A stretch of 64,000 bases of DNA from the human T2T-CHM13v2.0 reference genome, Homo sapiens (GCF_009914755.1 NC_060939.1); one strand, 5' to 3'. Positions 18,087 through 35,490 are shown, counted from the first letter of the stretch. Numbers and translations are program-made. Notes: generated by a model from the letters alone, not told the origin.

Positions 18087-19339
18087 TAAGGGAAAGGGGA
18101 AAGTTGGGCTGGGCTAGGAATATGGTGTATGTTTGGTGGGATGCAGTTGGGCCGTGGGTAGTGGGGGCACGGATAATGCTTTTCCTCCTCAACCCAGAAT
18201 TCATATCAAGCCAACCCCCAGGGTAACATACAATTTATACAGTAGTATATCCTTTTGCAATACCTCTGTAGGAGAAAGTTGTTGAAATCAGCTCTGGAAT
18301 ATTGAATTGAAGTGATGTAAGTTTGAAGAGTATGTTAGCAGTAGTAGCAACAATTAACTTTTATTGAACATGTCAGGCGAGTTCTAATCTAAGCCTGCCT
18401 TGTCTCATCTAATTCTGCCTACCTCAGTAATTATGAATGTATGAGGATCTCTGCTTCCTTGTGTGTATTATGTGTGCACAGGTGTGATGAGTGTAGGAGA
18501 GGGATATTCCTCAAGTTCCAGAGTCTTGGGGAATCTGTCTCTTCTACATTTCCTGTTTTTTATGTGTGTTCCCCTCCTTCTGTCTCTACTGCTTCCCCCG
18601 CTAGTTTAGATTCTGATCATCTCTTGTGGATGTTGTTGCAGCAACCTCCTAGCTGGTTCTCCTGCCCCATCTTTAGTTCCACTGATCCACTTGCCATTCT
18701 TTCTTTAGAGTGATCTTTATAAGACTCAGCTATGAAGATATGTCTCTTGCTCAAAAACCCTTAATGATTCTCACTGTCTTGAGCAGTTTTGATTCAAGTG
18801 TAAAGTGTTGGCGATGATTTCAGTGGTACTTAGGGAAATAAGTTTTAATTTAATTAGTTGTCATATTTATTTTAATGTGTATTTGTGTGTATTGCCTGTG
18901 TATGTCAAGTGATAAAGCTTTTACAGTGATGAGATTTTGAAGTTTTATTGAGTTAAAAATGTTTGTGCATTTAAATAAGTATTAAATAAATAATATGCAG
19001 ATATAGCAGAAATCATGAAAATGATATGTGAGTGACTGAAGGTCAGATCATCAGCCCGTGAAATAAACTTGACCTGTCTTATGGCATTTCCGACCCACCG
19101 TGACCTGACCCCAAACCATGTTTCCACTAGATTTTTATTTCTGTTTCTCTAATATACTAGTGTCTGAACAAATGTCCTATCTGTACTTGTGCTGTTCCTC
19201 CATCTGAGAAGGCTTCTTTTCCTCTGATAAAATTCTGTTTGTCCTTCAGGGGAAAGGTTATGTGTTGTTTTTTAGTACTTCCCTAGTGATTTGGACATTA
19301 AGTGTATTCAATAATTTTTGCCCTGGGGATAAGTAAAGG

Positions 19340-19460
19340 AATAGATGGGTGAGTAGATGAAGAATGAATGAGTGAATATCCGAATGGGGGAGTAACAGGT
19401 CAGTGAATGGGTGAATGAGTGGCTGAGTAAGTAAATGAGTGAATAATGGAATGAATGAAT
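19340..19460. repeat. (TGAA/TGAG)n low-complexity tract, likely an L2 tail
   Basis: gaatgaatgagtgaat ... gtgaatgagt ... gaatgaatgaatg. Confidence 0.65.
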
Positions 19461-20869
19461 GTCTAATTGTGTATCTAGGCTACTCCCAGATAATATTTCA
19501 GTGCTACATGTAGTAACAATTTCTTGTAGTAACAAGTTTAGGATATTGGATTTTTTTGGCCATTGGGAGTATCTGAGAGATTCTGGTAGAATCATAGGGA
19601 ATATCAGAGAATTGGAAAACTTGCTGTTAATATTTGAAATACATGTATTTATAGCATTTAAAATTCCTAGCTCTACCCATCCTCCATTTCTTGCTGATGA
19701 ATAATAGTATTATTATGCCTCTACTATTAATTACATTTTCTGTGAATGTTTTTCTTAATAATTCATCATATGCTTTTCTGATTTTAGTATATTTCTGATA
19801 GTGCAATCCATTCTATTCCATGAAGTTTTTTTACTGATTTTATTTTTGTCATTGGTTTTTAACCAGTATATCAGGTTCAACAATTGTTACATCATAATAT
19901 AGTGTTTTCAGGTATACCTGGGTAAGGTCATCATCATTAGTTTGTTCTTTTCTATCTTCTAGCTGACTTGTTTTCATTTAAGTTTTATTTGTAAAATGTG
20001 GGGAAATGTATCATTGAAATTTGGTTTGATAGCATTTTCATCTCCATTGTATTAGATATACAAGCCAGGAATAGCAGAGTATTATTTTCCTTTAGTATAG
20101 AGTACAATGTATTAGTGATATGTGCCAGGGAGAAAAGTAAGGCAGGAAACAGGATTCGGCACCCACAAACCCTAAAAAATTTTTCCCTAACTTGATGAAA
20201 ACACTGACCTTTACTCACTGCTCAACAGTGCCGCTGTGGTTGTAAATGAAGTGTGGGACTGTTACAGGACTTTCTCCTCTGTTCTTGTGTTCTTGCCTCT
20301 TTTCTTTGCTTCTTCAAATTCACCTTCCAACCTGACATTTGAATCTTCAGTCAACATTCTCACCTCTGGTCTCCTTCATCTCAGTATTAGTGACTATTGT
20401 CCCTTCAGGAAGTAACATCCATGGTTAGTTTAACTATAGCCTAAATAACTTAACACTCACAACTGTTTCCTCACTAGTAGGGCCCCATTTTCTTGTAATT
20501 AAATTTCTTTATTCTCAACAAATACTGGATACACAGTGGGTACTTTTTACACATGCTTGCTGATTACTATCTGCTTTGTTCCCCTCTACCATCATTCCCA
20601 GTGCCCATAGCAATGCGTGGCACACAGTAGTTGTTCAATGGGTGGATGAGTAGATACATAGATAGACAGCAGGCATCTATACAGTTGATGCTTACTTAAT
20701 GACTGTACATGCTGATTATTCCAGATCACTTCATGAACTTAGGCAGGTGAGGATTTAATCTGCAAGGTGAACAAATACACTTCTTTTTTCACTAAAACTA
20801 AAGTGAAATCACATTTACTTAAGATGATGATGTTATCATCTTTAATTCCTCTTGAAGGAAAGACATAAC

Positions 20870-21075
20870 CTGGTGATAATGAGCATAGACTTTAGAGCCA
20901 TACAGATCTGGATTTGAATTATGGCTCCTCCATTTAATATCTATGTGACTTTGGGTCGAGTTACTTAAGTTTTCAGTCTCCCTTTTCTTATATGTAGAAT
21001 AGGAATATGATATCTACTTCATTTAATTGTTGTGATAAATTATGTGCTATAATATATGTAAAGTGATTAACAGTC
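20870..21075 (+). mobile_element. MIR SINE
   Basis: gagcatagactttagagcc ... ctggatttgaat ... tgtgactttgggtcgagttacttaag. Confidence 0.7.
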
Positions 21076-22977
21076 TCTGGATAATCATGATAAACCTGTT
21101 GGAAGAGACCATTTCTCTTTAGATGCTAGCAGGTACCTCTGGTATTTTTTCCTTCCTACTCTAATAATAAAAATGTGTTCTGCATTTATATTTTAATTCA
21201 CACTTTTCAGATATTCATGTGAGTTTTTAGCAAAAGTCTAGAAACAAGGAAAGTTGTCAAAGGATTGGTTGAAGGAACGGCTAGAGTGCTCAGCCTGGGG
21301 AAGAGAAGGAAGGTGGGGAAGGCATGAATGCTGGTGATTCAAAGGAAAGGAGAGGGAAGTAGGTTTGTTAGATGTTGCTCCAGAGGAGAGAACTGCAGCC
21401 ATGGCTAGAGATTGTGAGGAAGCAGAGTTCATTCTATATTTGAAAGTTCTGACATTTAGAGCTTCCTATAATGAGGAGCTTGTCTCTTGCAGTGGTAGTG
21501 TGGCCACCTAGTGCCAGCAATTTTGATTGCCTGACGAGACACCTGACCAAGCTAGACTCAAGGATTGTTTCTCATATTTTTGTATTCTATTGCACAGCCC
21601 AGTGACCTGCAGCAGAGTGGGTGTGAGTGGAAGGGCCTACTCTTGGAACTAAACTCATTGATTTTGAGGGACAGGTGCTAAGGAAGGCAGAAGTAGTGTC
21701 TAGTCCTGGACACTAGGACTAGAGAAGTCTTGTCCAGCAGGCGGATATCTGAAGAGTATAGCAGTGGACAGTCAATGATTTAAGCAGTCACCTTGCAGGT
21801 TAGCTTACATGAAATAGAAAGGTAGAAGGAGTTAGGCCGCTTTGCATCAGGAGCCCTAAGGGTCTGTGGCCATTTGGAAGGCAAGTAGGCAGAATAGCTA
21901 CCTGCATGGCTTCCAGTGCTTACGGAGAGAGGAGGGGAATATGGCATGGCAAAGTGGGGATGAAGGTTATCAGTTAGGTGTGAAGTCTGAGATTGGGAAA
22001 TAAAGCAGGAATCATAATATTAAAGGTGATGGAAAACACAGGAGAGAGGCACAAAGTGTTGGGACCATGAAGAGTTGTCCAGCTTCCAGAGCTGGAGCAT
22101 AAAGTTAGGACCAGAAGATTAGCCTGAGTGCTTTGATGCTCAGTCCCAGAGTATAGGGCAAAAGATGCTGTTAATCTATCAGCCTTAGGACAGGGTTTGG
22201 TCTTGTTCATGTGTTGGGGTTGAGCATGCAGGTAGGTTCATAAGGACCCCTACATGGGAAGGGAGCCAAGTCCTAGGAAACAGTCTACCTGCCTGGTTTC
22301 TACCTTCCAAACCCAAACTCCCAAACAGAATTTGTATTCGACTTAGTGTTCCCCTTTTGTCAACACCTTTTTAGTATTAAAACTCTAAATACCTTTTCTG
22401 TGTCCTGACAGACATGAGGGTAGTTCTTTAGGAAAAAGAGCTTAATTACCTCCCCCACCCCTTCTCATTCTCACCCCCATGGAAAACCACACATACATAC
22501 CCACACACTGCCTTTTCTGTGATGGTACTTCTTAGGTCTAACACAGTGGCTGATATTTCAGTTTGACCTTCTAGTCCTGATGAATTGCCAGTACTCATCC
22601 TGACCTTGAACCCTTCCTCTTGAACCCCAGTTATTGAGGCCTTATGCTTGTTTCCCTGCCAGAGTCGTTCCAAACCCTAGTATCTGTCACTGTTTCCCTT
22701 CCTTCTTCCTGTTCTTTGCCTTTTCCAGAAGGAATATAGGTATCTGAGAAAGGTTCCATACTATTGTACATTGCTCCCGATGGGGACTTGGGCTCTTGCA
22801 TGTCGGTTCATAAGCTCAGAATAGTTGGGACACAGCATTATTAGAGAGAGGCTGATAGGCCCTCTCTTATTGCTACAGACAGGGAGAGGACTCAGAGAAA
22901 ACTGCCTGGAATGGAGCTGGGACCAATCTTCATCTTACCCAGCCACGTCAGTACTTGCTGTTTCCCTACTTGGATAA

Positions 22978-23259
<282 letters not shown>

Positions 23260-23397
23260 TGAGCTTTTTAAGCTTTAATCATAGTTTTTATTAATATTCT
23301 TTTCATTCTTGGTATTTTGTTTTCTTTTTTTTTTTTCTGAAACTAGACCAAACATATCATATTCGCTCTTCCTTCTGTGTTTCCAGACAGTTCTTGA

Positions 23398-23655
<258 letters not shown>

Positions 23656-25002
23656 TGATATCTTTTCACATTTTGTTGGGACTGGTGATCATCTTGTTGG
23701 TAGATTTAGTTTGTCTCTGGAAAGGCACACTTGAGTGACTGTGTATCTCCTTTTGTGTTGCTTTGATAACATTTGTCATATATGTCTCAATTAGTAGCAT
23801 TTAGGAAACCAAATCAATATGTGGACCAAATTTTCAGGCCTTATTTAATTATAAGGCTTTTCTCTTCTAGGCAAGAATCACCTTGTGGTTAGAGAAAATA
23901 ACTGATAAGAGCAGATGTCATGCTGGAGCCAGGGCAATGGCCAATCTCTGAGAAATAGGAAGATCCAAAAACTAGCTGGCTCAGGCCAAAGGTGTGGGCA
24001 GTGAGCAGGGAATAGGCAGGAGTTGCATGGCACACAGACCCTGAGTCTGGACAGGAGGGTCTGTAAGTAGATGAGCAGGCAGCATCTAAAAATGCCTGAA
24101 CCAAGGGGCAAAACAGAGATCACAGGCTAGAGATGTCTCAGAACATTTTTGGAAGTAAGCAAGATATATACAATGTAATTATATCATAATTAAATAATAG
24201 AGGTCATAGGATGAAGACAGTGCCAGAGGTCCAAGTAGCCAGTCTGGATCAGCACAAAGCAGTAAGCTAGGAAATTGTCAGCTGGCACCGTGGAGCATCA
24301 TGAGCACAAAAACACATGCTCCTCTCTGTGCAGGAAGCAGCCTGTCTGTAGATAAACCAGGGAAGCTGTGGTACTTGGCTACAAGTGAGAGAGAAGGAGG
24401 TAGCAGTTGAAGTAAGTCTCTGCCATCAGTTTTTCTTTGCCTTGAATGCTTATTCCATGAGTTTTAGCAGTTTAATCCTTGGAGAGTGCATTGCTGCGTG
24501 GCAGTGAAGCAGTCCTTGTTGAGCTATGGCATGTTCTAATTTAGCAAGAAAGATCGCAGCACTTGGTGTGTATAGGGTTATGTTTTATGGGAGTCTGAAA
24601 GTGATATGTATAAAAACTCATCTATGATTATCTTGGCTTGGACATAATTGATAGTTTGCTGTTTATCAGTAAGGGGCAAGTATCAGTTAATTTTTTTCTT
24701 TTTTTGTGAAGGTAAATGAGCAAGAAATTGTTATTTAGTGAAACATTGATTTATTTAGCATTACAAATTCCATGAACAATCCAATTTATCTCTGCATAAT
24801 GTGTCTTTGCTACAGGTTGAAATCAGTTGCTTATGTGTCTCACATCTTAAGCAGGAATGATACAATACATTGACAGCTCAAATGGCTTCTTATTTCAGTA
24901 ATCAGAGCACCATAAAACCTAATTCCAACTGATTAAAAAAAAACTGAAATATTTCAGACCTACCCTCAAAGTAACCTCTACCTAGAATTTGTGTTCATCT
25001 TT

Positions 25003-25586
25003 TGTGTTAGTTTTCTGTTACTGCATATTACAGATTACAACAAATGTAGCAGCTTGAAACATTACACATTTTGTCATCTCACAGTTTCTATGGGTTAGAA
25101 AACCAGACATGGCTTAGCCGCATCTTCTCCTTAGTGTCTCACAAAGCCACAATCAGAATGTTGGCCAGGGTGCATTCTCATCTGGAGGACTGACTGATGA
25201 AGAATCTGCTTCCAAGCTCACTAAAGGTTGTTGTCAGAATTCATATATTTGCACCTGTAGTACTGAGAGTCACAGATTTTTTCTGGCCATTGGCTGCCCT
25301 CACCTCCTAGAGGCCACCTACAGTTTCTTGTCATGTGGACCTTCCCAACTTGGAGGCTTACTTCATCAAGCCATATAGGAGAGTGGAAGGAGTCTCCTAG
25401 CAAGACAGAGTCCTGTATGATGGTATAGAATCACAGTGTGACATCTCATCACCTTTGCTGTATTCTGTTTGTTAGAAGAAGCAAGTCACAGGTCCCACTT
25501 ACACTCGGGAAGGAGGTTTCTAAACAAAGGTGTGAACACCGGGAAGCAGGCATCATGGGAGGGGCACCTTTAGTCTGTCTGCCACA
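25003..25586 (-). mobile_element. MLT1D/E-like MaLR solo LTR, nested in an old L1
   Basis: tgtgttagttttctgttactgc ... tctcacagtttctatgggt ... gaatctgcttccaagctcact ... ctgccaca. Confidence 0.8.
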
Positions 25587-25589
25587 TCT

Positions 25590-27330
25590 CTTGTTTTTCT
25601 TTATAGTTTTACAACCTGTGTATGTATTTCTAAAGAATATTGTCACATTTGCATGCTTTTGAAACTTTGTATAAATGGAATTTTACTGTAGTTATTCTAC
25701 AACTTGCCTTTTTTTAACTTAACATTGTGAGATTAATCTGTGTTAATGCCTCCTCCCGTAGCTCGTTTATTGTTCAGTGTGGCATAGGATTCCTTTACTT
25801 AAATGTATGTTTTATTTATACAGTTTTTTGGTCACTATATATTTGCTGTTTTCGTTGTTTTTTTTTTTCAAATCTAAGCAATGCTACCTTGATTATTTTT
25901 GTATATATCTCCTTATGCACATTTACAAGAAATTCTAGGGAATATACCTATAGCAGAGTTGCCTTGGTAATCTGCTTAACAAGATAATTCCAATTTATTT
26001 TCTGAAGTAGCTGTGATTTACACTCCCAATAGGAGTGTTTAACAGTTCCAGTTGTTCCACATGCTCACCAAAATTTGGTTTTGTTAGGCTTTTGATTTGT
26101 GCCGGTCTGATGGGTATGATATGGTGTTTTGGAGTTTTAGTTTACATTTTTCTTATTACTCTTTTAATGCATTTATTGATCAATCTTGTGTTCTCATGTG
26201 AAGATATTAATAGTTCTTGGAGTCATTTCCCTGTTTTTCTGTTATGCTTCTTTATTGTTTTAAATACTGCTTTTCAGATGTCTTTTGTATATTCTGGATA
26301 CTAATTCCTTGTCAGTTTTGAATTTTGCAGATTTCTTCTCCAGTGTAAAGCTTGTTTTTACTTTCCATTTGGTACCCTTTAATAGGCAGAAGTTCTTAAT
26401 TTAAATATAGTCAAATTATCATTATTTTATGGGTTTTGCTTTTTAAATCTTAAAATTGATATTAAGTCTATATTGAAGTCACAAAACTTTCTCTTATGTT
26501 TCCTTCTGAAGTTTAATATTTTACCTTTCACGTATAAATATTTGATTCAATGTTTGTGAAGAAGGGATCCAAGTTCATTTTTTCCTCATATAAATGTCCA
26601 GCTGTTCCAACATTATTGAGTAGTCTATCTTTATCCACTAATTTGCTTTGTCCACTCTTTCAGAAATCAGATTATTACCTATGTACATAGATCTGTTTCT
26701 GGACTAATTTTATTTTTTCTGTTTGTCTCTAACTGTCTCTGTTCGATGCTTTCTTCATTTTTCAATGTTTGACATCAAAAAGACCAAATCCCTTTACCAT
26801 GTTTTTGTTTGTTAGTGTCTTGTTTGTTCCTATTTGCTCCTATATATCAAGTTTATGGTCAGCTTGTCAGCTTCTATGAAAAGCCCTGTTGAGGCTTCGA
26901 TTGGAATTACTTTATGTCCATACACCTATTTGGCATGAATCAACATTTTATAATACAGCATCTTTCCATCCATTAAAGTATTAGGTTTATTTATTCATTT
27001 AGGTCATTTTAAATGTCTTTCATGAAGTTTTATAGTTTTATTTATAAAGAGTTTTGATCATTGTTATTAGATTTATTACCCACTATCTTATATTTTGTTG
27101 CTATTCTAAAAATCGTTTTAAATTTACATATTTTCTATTTATTGCTATTTATTTATGCATTTTCTATTCCTAATTATAGAAGTGTAATTAACTTTTTTAT
27201 ATTGATCTTGCATTTTTGCCACCTTGCTAAGCTGTCTCACTAATTATAATTTATCTGTAGCTTGTTTTAAGTGGATGGTCATATTGTGTAGATAATTCCA
27301 TTTCTTTCTATTCAGTTCTTATAATTTTTC
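25590..27330 (-). mobile_element. Old L1ME-like fragment
   Basis: T-rich antisense L1 motifs: tatattctggatactaattccttgtcag, cagaagttcttaattt, ccagctgttccaaca. Confidence 0.75.
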
Positions 27331-28322
27331 TATCCCTCCAGCCCATCTTTAGAGCTACTTTGAGAGTTGTCATTTTAGCAGAACACATACATTTAGATGT
27401 AACATGTGCCTGAAAGGTCATCATTTTCATGAAGTTTCTAGAGTCTACCCTAGCACAGGGGCCTCTCCTTACTCTGAACCTTTATGAATTTACTTGCCTA
27501 TACTACCTTTTTGTTGGTCACCCTATGCTTGTGATGTTAATCATCTTTGTTTATGTTGTATGTCAGCCATTTTTTCTCTTCATAGCATTAGGGCAGCACC
27601 CCAGGCCTATGAGCACCAAAGATAGGTTGATTGGTTAATTGAAATGCTTTCTGGATACTTGCATTTATATGGTGGATATATTTCTGAAAACGTCACACAA
27701 TACAAAATTTGAATCATTTGAGACAATAGTTCCATAAGAATAAATATGATGTACGGGGAGCTAATAAATCTAATGTACTTGTACTTGTATATTTTTGCTG
27801 TAAATGTACTCTGTCCTCTCATTAGTGTTCCTAATATATCACAGCATGCTCTTCCATATGAACAATATAGCATATAATAGCAGTTAGGCCTTTTTTTTTT
27901 TGGCATTTTTATCACATCTAACTACCCTTCCAAAGTTATTTTTATATGTTACTTGGCACTAGCACCAGCCCTTGTTGAATACTTGAAGAACATTATAAAT
28001 AAAACAACTTGAAAGGATAATAGTAATAATGAGTTTTCAAATGATAGCACAGTAGTCACCAGAACTGGTGTATGACATGGTTCACATAAATAACCAGGGA
28101 CTGTGAGGATCAGCTAAAGTGACAATACCAGGTCACAACAGAATTTATGTTACTTAGCCATAAAGCTTATGATTAAATGGGAATCTAGACAATTTTTTAG
28201 TATTTGAGAAGTTTCAGTATTTCAAATTTTATTCATAAAGTGAGGCATATTTTATCACACCATTTCAAATGTTCATATTTCAGGTTTACATGAAATGTTG
28301 CTATACCATATCTTACTGATGA

Positions 28323-28607
<285 letters not shown>

Positions 28608-30099
28608 TAGTGAAATTTTTGAAGGGAATAACTTTATTCTTTAGATTGATAGTTTTTTTTTCTGGTATCTTTAACTTAGTACATTTGAGTAACTAACATG
28701 GAGATCAGTTACTTGCTGTGAATTATAGTAGTTCTGTTTTTAAAATGTATTGCTTAAGTAATTTGTAAATGCTCTAGCCTAAGCTGGAGTTCCATCTATT
28801 TCAGAGTGAGAGGAGAAATTCCTGTTCACATAAAGTCAATCTAGATGACTAAGGCATTTCTGGTTCTACAGATTAGATTCTAAATTGTTGGAAACTATTC
28901 TGATGTAAAGGTCTATTTAAACTCATTGCTTTTATCCTTTGAGTATTGCTTTGCTAAGATTAGTTGATTGTCAGTTTATATCTGTAAATATTATTCTTCA
29001 TCTCCTTAGTGTTGTCACTTGTTTGACTTCTGCCCCTCATTTGCAGAATTCACTTTTTCAGTTTCTTAGTGCAACCTTAAAGACTCAGATTAAGAAATTT
29101 CTCTTGCATCCAGAGTGTATTATAGAATACTGTATCCCATTGTACTGTTAGATTCTGAACCTTAAGGTCATTGTCAGCTATAGAGCTATTTATTGAGTGA
29201 TTGCTTGGTTTGGGAATTCTCCGCTTTTTAGAAAAAGGTTTAACTTTTTTAAAAAGGTCTAGTCTGTTGGTCCAGAATAGCTAATGGTTTGTCTGGATTT
29301 TATAGACTTGAATCCAAGAAATTTGCCAAAGCATGTTGCCGTTCACCTACAGAGATATATTCTTTTCTTTATTTAATTTTTTGGCATGAAATTTGTAGAA
29401 TGCTTAGCTTCTCATCGGTGTTACCTATTTTCTTCCATCCCTTTGGAAAATGCCGTTTAACCTTAACAATTGATATACCTTATTAAGCTGCCACAGTCAA
29501 CTTTATTAGAAAGGACATTGGAAGAATGGAAAACACCCTACTTTTGTTCATAAGCCTTCCTTGAGATTACTGTATTGCTCAAATTAAATGGAACATGAAG
29601 TATAAGATCTCCAGCATGATGCTCAAGGGAAAGAAAAGGTATTCTGCTGAGTGAATGGTTTTTATACGATCTTCTCTAATTAAGGCGTGGTGTTTGTGTT
29701 GTTTCCCTAGTACGGGATGAGAATGAGGGATACATTAGTTTCTGGTTTTCTTTTTTCTTTCTGTTGCTGAATTTCTAGATGCTGTCCAGGACTGAGGTTA
29801 AGTGGTGTATAAGGAGAGAAACCACTTCTCTCTTCTGCTTCCCAAGGCAGCCTCAGCTCTGCCATATGGTACAGGGAGACAAACTTACTATAAGCTAAAA
29901 TTTTTCATTTATTCTTGGAGAAGAGATATACCTTGACTTCTTTTATTGACCTTTTAAAAAAGTGAGATGGTAGCATAACATGGGGTAAGGATGAAGGTGA
30001 CTAAATCTTTGTTTACCAAATTTACTTATATAAGACTAAGCCAGATGGACAACCACTTTGTTTGGATAGAAAAGGAAAAGCCAGATTTATTTCCTATAA

Positions 30100-30545
30100 G
30101 AGTTAGGATTGTATTTAGCTGCAAGTAACCAGAAAACCAACTGCATAGTCTTAAACTTCACTCAGTAGAAAGCCCAAGGGTGGACAGTCCAGGCTTGGTG
30201 TCATGACTCTTCTGTGTCATCAGGGAGCCAGTGGCTCAGCATGTGGCTTTTGTCCCCGTAGAAGCAAGATGGCCTTATATCTCTGAAAATCATACCCACA
30301 TTCCTCGCAGGAAGAGAGCACAAGGGTCAAGACCTTCTAACAGGATTAATGTTTTTATTTGGAAAGAAATGCCTCTCTAGTGACTTCTGTATATATGCTC
30401 ATTTTTGTAATTTTGTCATATGTCCACTCCTACCTGCCGGGGAGGCCTGGGATTGAGTGTTTTACTCTTCCAGCCTCTGTAGTTAAGGCAAAAGATATTG
30501 GGGTTGTGAATGGCTTTTGAATAGCCAGTCCACACTCTTAGCTGC
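30100..30545 (-). mobile_element. MLT1J/K-like MaLR LTR
   Basis: gttaggattgtatttagctgcaagtaaccagaaaacc ... caagatggc ... catatgtccactcctacctgc. Confidence 0.55.
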
Positions 30546-31819
30546 ATTCGCCTTCCATTCACCTGGTGATGCCTGAGGTGCCTCCATTAAGGTTCTGTTT
30601 TCTTTACATTAAAGAGAAAGATAGTCCACCAGAAGGATTTTGAGTGTAACATTGAAGGAATTGGAATGCAGCGGCCACTTTGATGGGGCTTTTTGAATTG
30701 AAACATATAGTAATTGTTTTTCTTTTATTAATTGAAATCTGATTGAGTCCCCTGCATGACTAGAAAGCATGAGTATACCAAAATTCTGGCCATAGTTTTG
30801 CCACTAACTAGTTTTATGGCCTCAGGCCAGTTATGTAACCTTACTGGGCTTGTTTCCCAAATGATTTGGACTAGGGCAATGATTACTAATACTTCTTATG
30901 ATAGAAATAGAACAGCCACTTTTAATTTTTTATGAGAAGACTGTGGATTCCCAGGGATACTTTTGTTTATCTTAACCGGGATTTGTCATAATCCTAAACT
31001 TTAAAGATAAAACATTAAATAACATTGCATGGAGTACATTTTATTGCTGTAGCTATAAAATACTAACAAAATTGTATTTGTAATTTTTTTGGTAAAATAC
31101 AAACAGAATTGAAGTTTCAAATTGTCATTATATGATGGCAGGTTGACATCCTAGGTGGAGATGGAGTGAGGTAGACATTTTTTACTTAAGTCATGAAGAT
31201 CTTCCTTGGATTTTGCTTGAAAAAAGTTCTAAACTAGATTATCTTCAAGATTGCTTCTAGCTTTTAACATTTAGGCTGTGTTTCTTAAAGAAAAACCTTA
31301 TTTGAGTAATTAGGATATTTCCCTCCCTAGTGTTTATTAGGAGGAAGAGTAAATGTTTTGATATGATTATCTGGGTTGATTGATAACCCATTTTAATGGC
31401 GTCATTAAAACATCTTGAACTGGTTACCTGCCTCAAAGTCATAGAATTACTTTTTTAGGCAAATTTTACTTGTTCCTTGATTAAAAGTATGTGGCATATG
31501 TTAGCAGTAGCAGCAGTCTCAAGCCAGGGTGTTTATTAAAAGCAACTTTTCAAAGCTAGGAGTAAGTTTAAGACAGGACAGAAGAGGCCAGAGAGTCTGG
31601 TATATTAAGGGGTAAGAAGAAAACTGCCCAAGAGAAGGCTAGCTGCCAGCTACAGGTAATAAATGCTGGGGTTCCAGCTTTTGGCTTTCTAGGGTGAGTT
31701 GATGGTGACCAGGTATGTCAGCACGTTTTTATTTTTCTTTGAAACAGATTTGTCTTCTCAGGTAGTTTTGAAATGGAAAGAATAAGATGGCTGCATTGGG
31801 CTGAAATAATCTATATGCT

Positions 31820-32632
<813 letters not shown>

Positions 32633-33464
32633 ATTGCTAATCGTAGGTAATTTCTTGTTTCCTTTTGCATTTTAACAGACTCATGACAGGACACATATAA
32701 AGAGATGTTCATAGTGATCAGGGCACGCCTGTAAACTTCGTCATTTTTACTTTTGTTAAAAAGTTGTAATTCCTATGTAATAGGAAAATAGTGGAGACCA
32801 ATATGATTGGTACCCATATGCTTTTCATCATAAATGATACGGAGTCAGTAAATTTATCAAGTGCAGATGAAAATTTTTGTTGGAAAAGGAAATGAAAACA
32901 TTACATGGCATTCTTGGACAATTCAGCATTATTCAGTCAAAGTCCAAAGGAAAGTTCTTTTATTGGCACTTGAAAAATGCAGATTTCACATTTGAACTCA
33001 GCTATAAGTCACTTAGAGAACTTATATGTGCTGATAAGTGTAGAATAGATTTTGTGGTCTGGAAATAGTTGATTTAAAGTTTAAAGTTATTTAATTCTAA
33101 CCTGATGTTTATAAAGTTGGTATAGATGGGACCAGAGAGACCTCACCATGTTTAGCACACAATAGCCTTTTGTTCTTTTCCCTACTAAGAATATCTCTAA
33201 AAATAAATGTTTGCTGCAGGCTCCTATTAAAATGTGAGGGGAAATTGAATTAGGATTCCAAATCTTTAGGCTTTTCATATACTCCTTTAGATCTCTTCCA
33301 TATGGTTAAATCTTTAAAAGTTCAAGGACATATTCTGAGAGGAAACATGATATTCTTCTTTTCACAGCATGAGGAAAATAATAAATTTTAATTAGCCTTT
33401 TTCTGAACTGGTTTTAGGTCTGCCATGGTTGGTTGCTGGGTTGATAGGAAGTCAGTGTTGATAA

Positions 33465-33466
<2 letters not shown>

Positions 33467-33510
<44 letters not shown>
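33467..33510. repeat. (TG)22 microsatellite
   Basis: Read directly. Confidence 0.97.
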
Positions 33511-33512
<2 letters not shown>

Positions 33513-34331
33513 AATCCTTAGTCACGTGGGGTAATCTAGGAGTCAGAAACCTTTGAAGGGTTTTTACTAGCAAATTTGATGTAATTTATTTCAAGGGAAA
33601 GCTTAGTGTAGTATTCAGTTCTTAAGACTTTATGATACTTTTATAATGTTTTTAATTCACTTACTAGTGAATTTCTTTTAAATGTACTTTATTATCAACA
33701 TTTCCATTTAGAGATAATCTATTTTAATGAGTGAAAACCTAATAGTCATTTCTTAGTTTTAAGAGTTTCAACTGATTTTAATGGCTTTTCTTTTACAGAT
33801 AATAATGATTTTATTCTCTTTTTTCCTAATAGTTGTGTGTCATATTTCTTTTTATTTTCATATTGCTTATAAGAATATGGTACATAATAATAATTACAGT
33901 TGCTATTTTGTCTAGTTCCTTCCAGACTTTAATGGGAATACTTCTGGTGTTTTAGTTTCAGGTTTGCTGATGCCTGTCGATTCATGGTGTCTCTTATTTA
34001 TTGTGCTGGGAAAGTTATTTTTTTTTTAATAATCAGGAATGGATACTGAATTTTATTGATGCATTCTTAGCATCTGAAGACAAAGTTATAGAGTTTTTCT
34101 TCTTGCTGTAATTGATATCATGAATTATATTTAATTTCCTGATTATTAAGGCATCCTTGAATTCCTACGTAAAAAAAACAGCACTCGATCATTGCATATT
34201 CTTTTCAACCTCTGTTAGGTTCAATACACTAGCATTTTATCCAGACTTTTCTTGCATTATAAGTTAAAATGGCCATTATTTTCTTGGTATCATAATACCA
34301 AAATGGGAAGCTTTCATTTTTTTACCCTCTA

Positions 34332-34497
34332 CAGCTGCACTCTCCATTTGGTAGCCACTAGGTACATTCACTTACTTAAATTTAAATAGATTGAAATCAA
34401 ATAACATTAAAAGTTTACCCATCAGTTGCACTAGCCATATTTCAAGTGCTTAATAACTATGTGTGGCTAGTGGTTACCGTATTGTATAGTGTTGCTC
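34332..34497. mobile_element. MER3-like hAT-Charlie element
   Basis: ggtagccactag ... cactagccatatttcaagtgcttaataactatgtgtggctagtggttaccgtattg. Confidence 0.75.
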
Positions 34498-34712
34498 TTG
34501 AGAAATGTGTATATGATGTAAGAATTACCTTTTCTTCAAAAGTTTTGAAATAGTTCACTTGTAAAACTAACTGGGCTTGGTGCATAAAATACTTGATTCT
34601 TTCCATCTGGTAAACTTTATCTTTTTCATTTTCAGTTTTGTATATTTGTGTTTTCTTGTTTTATTTCTTTATTATAAATTTTTGTTATTTTATGTAGTTT
34701 TGTATAGAGTTA

Positions 34713-35144
<432 letters not shown>

Positions 35145-35489
35145 TTATTGCTACCTATAGGGGTAACCATCAGTCTTTTTCTGTCCATATATGTGCATAT
35201 TTTTAAAAATTGTGGTAAGAAAACAACATAAAGTTTACCGTCTTAACTATTTTTAAAAGTATGCACTTCAGTAGCATTTTTTTTATTTAAAAAATCATAC
35301 TTTGTATACTGTTTTTTAACCTGTATATTTTTCTCTTGGAGACAATCCCTTCTCTGAATATAGCTTTCCCTGCCTTCGTTTAAATGCATTTGCTGCAACT
35401 TTCAGAACAGTGTTAAATAGCGCTGCAATAAGAATCTTTGTTTCATTTGTTAAGTTAGAGGAATTTATATATACATGTTATCTATATAT

Positions 35490-35490
<1 letters not shown>
